Below, one piece after another: positions 18,633 to 27,977 of a DNA stretch of 64,000 bases. A model generated the notes under the pieces. It was not told the origin of the DNA and searched no databases. It saw nothing but the letters and a program-made list of their open reading frames with translations. The stretch is from a virus: the UHGV virus genome UHGV-1351770; one strand, given 5' to 3'. Within the stretch, counting starts at the first letter, position 1. Each line of letters begins with the position of its first letter. Made by a program: the position numbers and the translations under genes.

Positions 18633-19412
18633 ATGAAAATCGAAATTCCAACACAATGTCCCTCTTGTGGTTCTAAGCTAGATCTTGTCAACGGACAATT
18701 ATTCTGTCGGAATAAGTCCAACTGTCCAGCGCAATCAAGTAAGTTAATTGAGAACTTCTGTTCAAAAATGAAGTTAAAGGGCTTTGGCCCAAAAACTATT
18801 GAGAAGCTGGAGCTGACGAAGATTTCAGAACTATTTTATCTAACCGAAGAAGATTTGGTTAGAGCCGTGGGTAGCAAGGTTGCCGCTAAGTTAATTAGCG
18901 AATTAAATACTAAAGTTCGCGGAGACATTGACTTTGGTTCAGTTCTCGGTTCTTTAGGAATCCCTCTAATTGGAGAGGTTGCAGCAAAGAAATTATCCCA
19001 AAATTGCACTAGCTTCCATGATGTGAAGGCTGACGGCAAAGCTGGAGAAAACTATAGAGCCTGGCTAAATTCCCCACAAGGCAAGGATGTTATTGAACTA
19101 CCGTGGAAATTTTCAACTGGTATTAAGGGCACTAAAGCTAATATTATCACTACGGATGAATTAGTTGCCCAGCCAAATGGAATCGCGGTATGTATTACCG
19201 GATCTTTGCAAGATTTTGCAAATAGAACGGATGCAACAAACTATTTAGAAAGTCTAGGGTATACGGTTAAGAAATCCGTTACTAAAGACGTCAAATACCT
19301 AATCTGTGAGGATGAATCAAAACGTTCTTCCTCATCTTATAAGAAAGCCGAAACGAATGGGATAGAAATCCTGTCGATTAAAGAACTATTGGAGAAAAAT
19401 AATAATGTCTAA
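18633..19412 (+). CDS. ligB: NAD-dependent DNA ligase, C-terminal part (Zn-finger, HhH, BRCT), subunit B
   Basis: Cys4 zinc finger CPSCGS...CRNKSNCPAQ at the N-terminus, followed by HhH-like GFGPKTIEKL and a C-terminal BRCT-like segment. Confidence 0.7.
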   Translation: MKIEIPTQCPSCGSKLDLVNGQLFCRNKSNCPAQSSKLIENFCSKMKLKGFGPKTIEKLELTKISELFYLTEEDLVRAVGSKVAAKLISELNTKVRGDIDFGSVLGSLGIPLIGEVAAKKLSQNCTSFHDVKADGKAGENYRAWLNSPQGKDVIELPWKFSTGIKGTKANIITTDELVAQPNGIAVCITGSLQDFANRTDATNYLESLGYTVKKSVTKDVKYLICEDESKRSSSSYKKAETNGIEILSIKELLEKNNNV

Positions 19413-20172
19413 ACTGAACTGGAACGTAGAAGGTGTAACCGAGTCTCTGAAAGCAAAAGCCACTGCTCTGGGTGTTTCTGTAATCTCTCAAGAACAAGTA
19501 GCTGCTATCGCTGCTGAACTGGCTGCTGAAACTGGCAAAGATGTTACTGCTCGCTCTGTTGGCTCTAAACTGCGTAAAGAAGGTTTTGAAGTACAAAAAG
19601 CTAACGAAGTACAGAAATCTCCGTGGACTCCTGAGCAGGAAGCTGAACTGGTTGATTTCCTGAATGCTCATGCTGGTCAGTATACCTATGCTGAAATCGC
19701 TGCTGCTGTAGCTGGGGGTCAGTTCGGTGCTAAACAGGTACAGGGTAAGATCCTGAGTCTGGAAATGACCGCTTCTGTTAAGCCAACCGAAAAAGCTGCT
19801 GCTGTTCGTTCCTTCACTCCGGATGAAGAAACTGATTTTGTTAATCAGGTTGTTGCTGGTGCTACTATTGAAGCTATCGCTGCTCACTTCGGTCGTAATA
19901 TCAAGCAGATCCGTGGTAAAGCTCTGAGCCTGCTTCGTGAAGGTCGTATCGCTGCTATGCCGGTACAGGAAACCTCAAGTGCTAAAACTCGTGAAGATCT
20001 GTTAGAAGGTCTGGATCTGGTTAACATGACTGTTGCTGAGATCGCTGAGAAAACTGGTAAATCTGAGCGCGGTGTTAAATCTATGCTGTCTCGTCGTGGT
20101 CTGGTTGCTAAGGACTATGATGGTGCCGCTAAGCGTGCTAAACTGGATGCAAAAGCTGCGGCTGCTGAATAA
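19405..20172 (+). CDS. abundant DNA-binding protein with three internal HTH-like repeats (candidate T5 D5-like protein)
   Basis: 255 aa with extreme codon optimisation. Three repeated modules (TYAEIAAAV / TIEAIAAHFGRNIKQIRGKALSL / TVAEIAEKTGKSERGVKSMLSRRGL). Confidence 0.5.
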   Translation: MSKLNWNVEGVTESLKAKATALGVSVISQEQVAAIAAELAAETGKDVTARSVGSKLRKEGFEVQKANEVQKSPWTPEQEAELVDFLNAHAGQYTYAEIAAAVAGGQFGAKQVQGKILSLEMTASVKPTEKAAAVRSFTPDEETDFVNQVVAGATIEAIAAHFGRNIKQIRGKALSLLREGRIAAMPVQETSSAKTREDLLEGLDLVNMTVAEIAEKTGKSERGVKSMLSRRGLVAKDYDGAAKRAKLDAKAAAAE

Positions 20173-20187
20173 TCTGGTAAATTAAAC

Positions 20188-20222
20188 CTAAGGGGAGGGG
20201 GCTATGCTCCTTCCCCTTTTTG
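20188..20222 (+). terminator. intrinsic terminator
   Basis: aaggggagg...ccttcccct hairpin followed by ttttt. Confidence 0.65.
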
Positions 20223-20254
20223 CATTTAGAAGGCACGAAAGCGTGCAAAGGAGA

Positions 20255-21727
20255 ATGACCTTGTTTAACGTGCAAGCTGTAGTGTTGAAGATGCTTCTAG
20301 CTTCCGAACAGAAGCAAATAGCATTGGAAACATTCTCAAAACTGCATAAAGATCATTTTAATGACGCTTTCTCCTCAATTTACCAAGCCGTCCAGAATTA
20401 TTATAAAAAATATAACACAATGCCGTCCATTGACGCACTTATGCTTGAAGCTAATAGGAACGCCCGCCTTTCTCAAGCTCTAGTCGTCTTAGCTAACACT
20501 CAAATTCCAGAAGTGAGCATGGAACAGGCACTTGAAGTCCTAGAAGCCGAATATACACAGGATTTATTCCTGAAGCTTCTAGAAACAGACGTGCTTCAAG
20601 ATTTAACAATGCTGGATCAGGGAGAAATTCTCAACCGAGTTGCCTCCCTTCACTTAAAATTAGAAGAGAAAGTAACGAATACTGGAAAAGTATTCAACGC
20701 AGATAACATGCGTATTTTCCAGAGAGAAGAAGATACCAAACTGAACTTAATCGCTCTTGGTATTTGTAATGAGTTCGACGCTCAAATCGGTTTAGCTCGC
20801 ACAGAAACGTTACTGCTTGGTGGTTGGCGTGGTACTGGTAAATCCATTATCTGTTCAAACATACAGGTTCAGCAATATTTGAATGGGGATATTGCTCCAT
20901 ACTTCTCAATTGAGATGAAAGAACATGAAGTATTTAGACGTAATCTAGCCATGTTAGCTGGTGTATCAGCACTAGCAATGCGTAATAATACTCTAGAAGG
21001 TGCAGCTCTGTTGAGATTAGCCAGAACTAGAGCCAGAATGTTTAATGGTGGTGAAGAGCTTTTTGATAACTTCGTTAAACAGTACACAATGGCTAAGATG
21101 AGTGATTTCTACGATATGGAGAGTAAGCTAATAGAAGGATATGAACTACATACTCCTATGATTATCGTTTATGACCCTGAACTGTCCATTACAACAGTTG
21201 ACGTAGAATTAAATAAATTAGTTGCTAGATATGGTGATAAAGTTACAGTAGCTTTACTGGACTATATTAACCAAACCCGACTTCCAGACTCTAAAACCAT
21301 TGATATGTATGACTGGAAAGAACAGATGGTTGTTAGCTCGTCTTTCAAATCTATCTGCCAGAAACATAACGTGGCTGGTGTAGCTCCTTACCAGATCGAT
21401 CAAGATGGTAGAACACGTATGTCAAAGGGTATTCTCGATTCCGCAGACATGGCTGCTAATCTTAATGCTGCAAAAGCTGATAATGGTCAAGGTGCTATTA
21501 TGTTTGACTTCGTTAAGACTCGTTCTTCTGATAGCGTGAAGTTTATGCCTAAAATGAACTGGGAAACCTTGCGGATGGATAACACTACCAACCTAGCAAT
21601 GGAAGATATATCTCAAATGGAAGCTGAGTTCGTTATCCCTATTGAGAAGGATAAGCCGGCTCAACCTAAACGTGCTAAGAAAGATAAAACTGAAAATTCA
21701 ACAGGTGAACAGGCCAGCGATATATGA
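20255..21727 (+). CDS. DnaB-like replicative helicase
   Basis: Walker A GGWRGTGKS and RecA-like C-terminal domain. The track's start at 20204 lies in the terminator loop, so ATG 20255 is preferred. The start is uncertain. Confidence 0.7.
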   Translation: MTLFNVQAVVLKMLLASEQKQIALETFSKLHKDHFNDAFSSIYQAVQNYYKKYNTMPSIDALMLEANRNARLSQALVVLANTQIPEVSMEQALEVLEAEYTQDLFLKLLETDVLQDLTMLDQGEILNRVASLHLKLEEKVTNTGKVFNADNMRIFQREEDTKLNLIALGICNEFDAQIGLARTETLLLGGWRGTGKSIICSNIQVQQYLNGDIAPYFSIEMKEHEVFRRNLAMLAGVSALAMRNNTLEGAALLRLARTRARMFNGGEELFDNFVKQYTMAKMSDFYDMESKLIEGYELHTPMIIVYDPELSITTVDVELNKLVARYGDKVTVALLDYINQTRLPDSKTIDMYDWKEQMVVSSSFKSICQKHNVAGVAPYQIDQDGRTRMSKGILDSADMAANLNAAKADNGQGAIMFDFVKTRSSDSVKFMPKMNWETLRMDNTTNLAMEDISQMEAEFVIPIEKDKPAQPKRAKKDKTENSTGEQASDI

Positions 21728-22614
21728 GTAGAATAACAGAACTACTTGATCTGAAAGGCATTGAATATAAAGACACAGGTGGGGACATCCTCATCTGTTG
21801 TCTCAATCCAGATCATGACGATAAACACCCAAGTTTGCGTATTGATCCTGAAACAGGTATTATGCACTGCTTGAGTTGTGGCTTCGGTAAAGGTATACCG
21901 AGCATTTACCATTATTTTAATGAGACTCAGTACCGACAGTCCCCAAGACTATCGCAGGTACGTAAAAAGATTTCAGAGATTAGGAATGGATCTACGAATC
22001 TTGCAATTCCTGAATCTGCTTACCTTTTCGAAGGTGATTTCCGAGGTATAAGTTCTAAGACCTTGAAGAAATATTTTGCTTTCCAACACCAAGCAGACTG
22101 GGAAGGCAGAATTGTATTCCCAATCACAGATGCTGTTGGACGCAATATCCTATTTTTGGGTCGTTCTATAAACAGTTCTGCCCCTCCTAAATACTTAGTA
22201 AAACCAAAACAAGTTTCACCACCGATTTTCCCTGTACGATATAATACTCCAGTTCTTATTCTAGTTGAAGGTATCTTTGATATGCTGAACCTAGAGGATA
22301 ATGGTATAGACTATGCTTCTTGCTGCTTTGGTACACATCAGTTTACTTCGGATAACATTGCGGATAAGTTCAGCCCTTATATTATTGCTGGCGTAAAAGT
22401 TGTTGTTATCTTACTAGATAATGATGCTTCTGGTAATAAGGCTGCACAAGCACTGGCCAAGTTAATTCGTACAAAAACGCGTTTAACACCTGTAGTTGCT
22501 AACTTTCTTCTGCCCGAAGGTAAAGATCCGGGTGATTTAAACAAAGATGAAATTGATATGTTAGCAAAACGTATTGAAATTTTAGTTGCTGAATCGCTTA
22601 AAGATTTGGTATAA
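21724..22614 (+). CDS. DnaG-like DNA primase
   Basis: 296 aa. CHC2 zinc finger CCLNPDHDDKHPS...HCLSCG and a TOPRIM domain (EGIFDML, LLDNDASG). Confidence 0.8.
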   Translation: MSRITELLDLKGIEYKDTGGDILICCLNPDHDDKHPSLRIDPETGIMHCLSCGFGKGIPSIYHYFNETQYRQSPRLSQVRKKISEIRNGSTNLAIPESAYLFEGDFRGISSKTLKKYFAFQHQADWEGRIVFPITDAVGRNILFLGRSINSSAPPKYLVKPKQVSPPIFPVRYNTPVLILVEGIFDMLNLEDNGIDYASCCFGTHQFTSDNIADKFSPYIIAGVKVVVILLDNDASGNKAAQALAKLIRTKTRLTPVVANFLLPEGKDPGDLNKDEIDMLAKRIEILVAESLKDLV

Positions 22615-22642
22615 TATTTTCATAAATAACTGAGGAGTCACT

Positions 22643-22972
22643 ATGGAATATGTATATATTTATGAGGATGTTCCAGTATACGACAGTACAACACATGAAA
22701 GAGTGGAATTAGAACGGTTTACGGTACTAGAATCCCTTAATAAACGAAAGGATTTCCATCTATTTGGAGACTCTAAATTACCAGCATCATATATTTATTT
22801 TATAGTAAAAGATACTGGTCAAGAGGTATATCTAACGTATGATTGGGCTGTTGTAGAAAATACTGAGCAATCTATGAAAGTACTCAGAGCTTTCTTGCGC
22901 ATAGATGAAGAACTTAAGGCAGTAGAAAAGCAGCGCAACGAAATGCTTAAACTACTACACACATATAAATAG
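22643..22972 (+). CDS. hypothetical protein (109 aa)
   Basis: ORF with GAGGAG RBS. Confidence 0.55.
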   Translation: MEYVYIYEDVPVYDSTTHERVELERFTVLESLNKRKDFHLFGDSKLPASYIYFIVKDTGQEVYLTYDWAVVENTEQSMKVLRAFLRIDEELKAVEKQRNEMLKLLHTYK

Positions 22973-22975
22973 TAT

Positions 22976-23004
22976 TTGCTATTATCCTAATACTTTGATA
23001 TAAT
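22976..23004 (+). promoter_or_regulatory. early promoter (TTGCTA, 17 bp, TATAAT)
   Basis: ttgcta 22976..22981 and tataat 22999..23004. Confidence 0.7.
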
Positions 23005-23065
23005 ATATTGGTAAGTTAGAGAAGAAACACTGAAGTTATACTTACTTACCAAGAGGAGATTAAAT

Positions 23066-25633
23066 TTGAAAATCGCAGTAGTTGATAAAGCTCTAAACAA
23101 CACTCGTTATGATAAACACTTCCAGCTATACGGCGAGGAAGTTGATGTATTCCATATGTGTAACGAGAAGTTATCTGGTCGTTTGCTTAAAAAGCACATT
23201 ACTATTGGAACACCAGAAAACCCATTTGATCCGAATGATTATGATTTTGTTATACTAGTAGGTGCTGAACCTTTCCTGTACTTTGCAGGTAAGAAAGGCA
23301 TTGGTGACTATACTGGTAAACGTGTAGAGTATAATGGATATGCTAACTGGATTGCGAGTATCAGCCCAGCCCAGTTACACTTTAAGCCTGAAATGAAACC
23401 AGTTTTTGATGCAACAGTAGAGAATATCCACGATATTATCAATGGTCGTGAGAAGATTGCAAAAGCGGGTGATTACCGCCCTATTACTGACCCTGATGAG
23501 GCGGAAGAATATATCAAGATGGTGTATAACATGGTTATCGGACCTGTCGCATTCGACTCCGAAACCTCAGCACTATACTGTCGAGATGGTTATCTGCTTG
23601 GTGTTTCTATATCTCACCAAGAGTATCAGGGTGTGTATATCGATTCTGATTGTCTCACAGAGGTTGCAGTATATTATCTCCAGAAAATTCTGGATAGTGA
23701 AAACCACACTATTGTTTTTCACAACTTGAAGTTTGATATGCACTTTTATAAGTACCATCTGGGACTTACTTTTGATAAAGCACATAAAGAACGCAGGCTC
23801 CATGATACCATGTTGCAGCATTATGTTCTAGATGAGCGTCGTGGTACTCATGGCTTGAAATCTCTAGCAATGAAGTATACCGATATGGGCGACTATGACT
23901 TTGAACTAGATAAGTTCAAGGAGGATTACTGCAAAGCACATAAAATCAAGAAAGAAGATTTCACCTATGATTTAATTCCGTTTGATATTATGTGGCCTTA
24001 CGCTGCAAAAGATACCGATGCCACCCTACGTTTGCACAACTTCTTCTTACCAAAAATTGAGAAGAATGAAAAACTTTGTAGTCTGTATTATGATGTCCTA
24101 ATGCCTGGTTGCGTGTTCCTGCAACGTGTTGAAGATCGTGGTGTACCAATTTCTATTGATCGCTTGAAAGAAGCACAGTACCAGTTAACTCATAATCTGA
24201 ATAAAGCTCGTGAAAAGCTGTATACTTATCCAGAAGTCGTTCAGCTAGAGAAAGATCAGAACGAAGCATTTAACCCAAACTCTGTTAAACAACTCCGTGT
24301 TCTTCTGTTTGATTATGTTGGCTTAACTCCAACAGGTAAATTGACGGATACTGGAGCAGACTCTACAGATGCAGAAGCTCTGAACGAATTGTCTACGCAG
24401 CATCCAATTGCTAAGACCCTACTAGAGATTCGTAAGCTGACTAAGCTGATCTCTACTTACGTTGAGAAGATTCTTCTGAGTATTGATGCTGATGGTTGCA
24501 TTCGTACTGGCTTCCACGAACACATGACTACTTCTGGTCGTCTGAGTTCTTCTGGTAAACTGAACCTACAACAGTTACCTCGTGATGAATCTATTATCAA
24601 GGGTTGTGTAGTAGCTCCTCCCGGGTATCGTGTAATCGCATGGGACTTAACAACTGCGGAAGTTTATTATGCTGCTGTTCTATCTGGTGATAGAAATATG
24701 CAACAAGTATTTATCAACATGAGAAATGAACCTGATAAATACCCTGACTTCCACTCTAACATCGCACATATGGTATTTAAGCTCCAATGCGAGCCTCGTG
24801 ATGTTAAAAAGTTATTCCCCGCTCTGCGTCAAGCAGCTAAGGCAATTACCTTCGGTATTTTGTATGGTTCCGGCCCGGCTAAAGTAGCTCATTCTGTTAA
24901 CGAAGCTCTTTTGGAACAGGCTGCTAAGACAGGCGAACCGTTTGTAGAGTGTACGGTTGCAGATGCTAAAGAGTACATTGAAACTTACTTCGGTCAGTTC
25001 CCGCAGCTTAAGCGTTGGATTGATAAGTGCCACGATCAGATCAAGAATCATGGATTTATCTATAGTCACTTTGGTCGTAAACGTCGTCTGCATAATATCC
25101 ACTCCGAAGACCGTGGTGTTCAGGGTGAAGAAATCCGTTCTGGATTTAACGCAATCATTCAGTCTGCTTCTTCTGATAGTCTCCTTTTAGGGGCTGTAGA
25201 TGCGGATAATGAGATCATTTCTCTAGGCCTAGAACAAGAGATGAAGATTGTTATGCTGGTTCACGACTCCGTAGTTGCTATTGTTCGTGAGGATTTGATC
25301 GACCAATACAATGAAATCCTGATTCGTAATATTCAGAAAGACCGTGGTATCAGTATTCCTGGCTGTCCGATTGGTATTGATTCAGATTCTGAAGCTGGAG
25401 GTTCTCGTGACTACTCTTGTGGTAAGATGAAGAAACAGCACCCATCAATCGCTTGTATTGATGATGATGAATATACTCGCTATGTCAAAGGTGTGTTACT
25501 TGACGCAGATTTCGAGTATAAGAAACTAGCTGCAATGGATAAAGAGCATCCAGACCACAGCAAATACAAGGATGATAAATTTATCGCTGTATGTAAAGAT
25601 CTGGATAACGTGAAGAGGATTCTCGGTGCTTAA
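23066..25633 (+). CDS. family A DNA polymerase with 3'-5' exonuclease (T5 DNA polymerase-like, 855 aa)
   Basis: Exo I AFDSETS; pol motif A IAWDLTTAEV, motif B RQAAKAITFGILYG, motif C LVHDS. TTG start with GAGGAG RBS. Length identical to T5 Pol as I recall it. Confidence 0.9.
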   Translation: MKIAVVDKALNNTRYDKHFQLYGEEVDVFHMCNEKLSGRLLKKHITIGTPENPFDPNDYDFVILVGAEPFLYFAGKKGIGDYTGKRVEYNGYANWIASISPAQLHFKPEMKPVFDATVENIHDIINGREKIAKAGDYRPITDPDEAEEYIKMVYNMVIGPVAFDSETSALYCRDGYLLGVSISHQEYQGVYIDSDCLTEVAVYYLQKILDSENHTIVFHNLKFDMHFYKYHLGLTFDKAHKERRLHDTMLQHYVLDERRGTHGLKSLAMKYTDMGDYDFELDKFKEDYCKAHKIKKEDFTYDLIPFDIMWPYAAKDTDATLRLHNFFLPKIEKNEKLCSLYYDVLMPGCVFLQRVEDRGVPISIDRLKEAQYQLTHNLNKAREKLYTYPEVVQLEKDQNEAFNPNSVKQLRVLLFDYVGLTPTGKLTDTGADSTDAEALNELSTQHPIAKTLLEIRKLTKLISTYVEKILLSIDADGCIRTGFHEHMTTSGRLSSSGKLNLQQLPRDESIIKGCVVAPPGYRVIAWDLTTAEVYYAAVLSGDRNMQQVFINMRNEPDKYPDFHSNIAHMVFKLQCEPRDVKKLFPALRQAAKAITFGILYGSGPAKVAHSVNEALLEQAAKTGEPFVECTVADAKEYIETYFGQFPQLKRWIDKCHDQIKNHGFIYSHFGRKRRLHNIHSEDRGVQGEEIRSGFNAIIQSASSDSLLLGAVDADNEIISLGLEQEMKIVMLVHDSVVAIVREDLIDQYNEILIRNIQKDRGISIPGCPIGIDSDSEAGGSRDYSCGKMKKQHPSIACIDDDEYTRYVKGVLLDADFEYKKLAAMDKEHPDHSKYKDDKFIAVCKDLDNVKRILGA

Positions 25634-26123
25634 TTTCAAACTGCCCGTATATGCTTTACGGGCATTTGTATCAATTGAGCAAGAAGGTGATTATTCCGTA
25701 ATTACAACAAGATATAATAAATATGTGTTAGATAACAGGAAGTTGCCTGGCACTTTTTCTCAACGTAGACTTATTCTATTTGAGAGACGGAAAGAATTAC
25801 CGTACAAGCTCTATCCTATTAGAGGTAGAATATCAATGTTGTCTCAATTAGTTGGGTCAAAGCGTAACCAATTTATAGATTCTGATGGAAATCTTATCAA
25901 TTGGAAGAAAACTACGTTCTATGATGTTGTCACCTCTAAAGTTTTGCATTCAGCTAGAATTTATAACGGAAAATACCAATGCTATGTAGCTAAAGTTCCA
26001 TACCCATTTGTGTTATCCTATGTTCCAGCTTATATAAGCTATATTCTGGTAAATAATAGCCCTGTTATTTATCAAGTCCATCAAGAGGAGCCTGAAATTC
26101 CTAGACTTAGAATAAAATTATGA
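25626..26123 (+). CDS. hypothetical protein (165 aa), AT-rich
   Basis: ORF overlapping the pol stop and the D10 start. Composition is distinct from its neighbours. Confidence 0.5.
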   Translation: MLNFKLPVYALRAFVSIEQEGDYSVITTRYNKYVLDNRKLPGTFSQRRLILFERRKELPYKLYPIRGRISMLSQLVGSKRNQFIDSDGNLINWKKTTFYDVVTSKVLHSARIYNGKYQCYVAKVPYPFVLSYVPAYISYILVNNSPVIYQVHQEEPEIPRLRIKL

Positions 26124-27472
26124 AGGTTGTTATATCTAATAAAGCCTATTTCAAGCCCGATGATGAACTTTGGGATTATTGTAGTAAACAAACTACTTAT
26201 CACATTGAGACAATGACTAGTAAATACCCTATTATGTATAAAAATAGTGGTGTTGTTGCCAAAGAGATTAAGTGGATTCCTATCACGCGTCTAGATTTAT
26301 TAGATGCTAAAGGAGTAAAATACGAATTAGTAGATAAACGTACATTAGCTCCGGTAGATATACCAAAACCTAAGTTCAAATTGCGTGAAGAAGACCAGCT
26401 CCCAATATATGAAGAGTGTGATGATACCTGTATTATTAATGGTAAGCCTGGATTTGGTAAAACTATACTAGCACTTGCACTTGCGTATAAATTTGGCCAG
26501 AAAACTTTGGTAATTTGTACCAACACATCTATTCGTGAAATGTGGGCGGCAGAAGTTCGTAAATGGTTTGGGTTTGAACCAGGTATCATAGGTTCTGGGA
26601 AATACAATATTGATCCACCAATTGTGGTCAGTAATATTCAAACAGTGAATAAACATGCGAATAATCTTTCTAAAGTATTCGGTACTGTTATAGTTGATGA
26701 AGTTCACCATTGTGTGGCTACAACTTTCACTAACTTCCTAGAAATATCATGTGCTCGCTATAAGATTGGACTATCCGGTACATTAAAAAGAAAAGATGGT
26801 CTACAAGTTATGTTCAAAGATTTCTTTGGATATAAGATCTTTAGCCCACCGGTTAATAATACTGTTGCACCTACAATCCATAGGTATTCCGTACCTGTTG
26901 AGTTATCAGGGAACCAAAACGTACCATGGGCATTACGTGCTAACGATGTATACAATCATCCTGAATATCGAGAGACTATTATAAATCTAGCACATTTATA
27001 CGTGAATATGGGGCATAAAGTACTCATTGTAAGTGACAGAACAGAGTTAATCCAAACAGTACTAGAAGCTCTTGCGCAGCGTGGTGTTACAACGTATGAA
27101 ATTATAGGGGCAACCCACTTAGATGATCGATTAAAAATTCAGGAAGATATAGCAAAAGGTGGGCCTTGCGTACTTGCAGCCGCTCAAAGTATCTTCTCTG
27201 AAGGTATTTCCCTTAACGAGCTGTCTTGTTTAATAATGGGAAGTCTTATTAATAATGAATCTCTCATTGAACAGCTTGCAGGACGTGTTCAACGTATTGT
27301 CGAGGGTAAACTCGATCCTATTGTTGTAGATCTAATTATGAAAGGTGGTACTGGGCTAAGACAGGCTTCTGGACGTATGGCAGTATATCGTAACAACGGG
27401 TGGAAAACTATTACCATGACTCCTGAGAAAGCAGTTCAATTAGCTAAAATTGCATTTGTCAACAGCGCATAA
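26120..27472 (+). CDS. D10-like SF2 DNA helicase (DEAH box)
   Basis: 450 aa. Walker A GKPGFGKT, DEVHH box, helicase C motifs. Same length as T5 D10. Confidence 0.85.
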   Translation: MKVVISNKAYFKPDDELWDYCSKQTTYHIETMTSKYPIMYKNSGVVAKEIKWIPITRLDLLDAKGVKYELVDKRTLAPVDIPKPKFKLREEDQLPIYEECDDTCIINGKPGFGKTILALALAYKFGQKTLVICTNTSIREMWAAEVRKWFGFEPGIIGSGKYNIDPPIVVSNIQTVNKHANNLSKVFGTVIVDEVHHCVATTFTNFLEISCARYKIGLSGTLKRKDGLQVMFKDFFGYKIFSPPVNNTVAPTIHRYSVPVELSGNQNVPWALRANDVYNHPEYRETIINLAHLYVNMGHKVLIVSDRTELIQTVLEALAQRGVTTYEIIGATHLDDRLKIQEDIAKGGPCVLAAAQSIFSEGISLNELSCLIMGSLINNESLIEQLAGRVQRIVEGKLDPIVVDLIMKGGTGLRQASGRMAVYRNNGWKTITMTPEKAVQLAKIAFVNSA

Positions 27473-27479
27473 ATAATGT

Positions 27480-27600
27480 ATAATATATACATAAATTTGA
27501 GAGAGAAAGTTTCGGATTGATAAGAAAGTCCGAAGCAGAAAAATAAAAATTTTAGTTGCTAAATTCTCTCGAAATCTAGTATAATATATACATAAATTCG
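27480..27600 (+). promoter_or_regulatory. two tandem early promoters with the ATAAATT(T/C)GAG leader
   Basis: tgtataatatatacataaatttgagagag (27487..) and tagtataatatatacataaattcgaggag (27577..), each with an upstream ttgcta-like -35. Confidence 0.65.
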
Positions 27601-27692
27601 AGGAGAAAACAAAAATTAAATTCTTCGATTATGAAAAGCTATATTTACTAGCTAGAGGAAATTCCGACCTAATTATTAAGCTCTTCAAAAGA

Positions 27693-27977
27693 ATGCTTAC
27701 AGAGCCTGATGCTCACCAATTATTGGTCGGTTCCTCATTCATTTTAAATGAATCAACAATAGTTGATAATCCAAATAAATTGTCTAATAGACAACTGGCA
27801 GAATATCTAGGAATTTTAAGTCTACGAAATTATGCCGAATACAAGTTTACAAACGATCCTAGTTTGGACATACAATATGTTCCAGTATGGATACCACGTT
27901 TAGTAATCGACACTAACCCACTAATCGCAATTAACAAATCGAAATTAATCTTTAAAGAGGAAATAAAATATGGCTAA
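27693..27977 (+). CDS. hypothetical protein (94 aa), AT-rich
   Basis: ORF between the tandem promoters and the SSB gene. Confidence 0.45.
   Translation: MLTEPDAHQLLVGSSFILNESTIVDNPNKLSNRQLAEYLGILSLRNYAEYKFTNDPSLDIQYVPVWIPRLVIDTNPLIAINKSKLIFKEEIKYG

Noticed and set aside
19378-19887. 169-aa minus-strand ORF opposite the D5-like gene
   Set aside because: Antisense to a highly codon-optimised gene. Its Ser/Phe-rich low-complexity translation is typical of the reverse frame of GCT/GAA-rich coding DNA.
20204-20254. ORF-track start of the DnaB-like helicase at ATG 20204
   Set aside because: That ATG lies in the loop of the upstream terminator hairpin. The start was moved to ATG 20255, although its RBS spacing is short, so the true start remains uncertain (GTG 20270 or ATG 20290 are alternatives).
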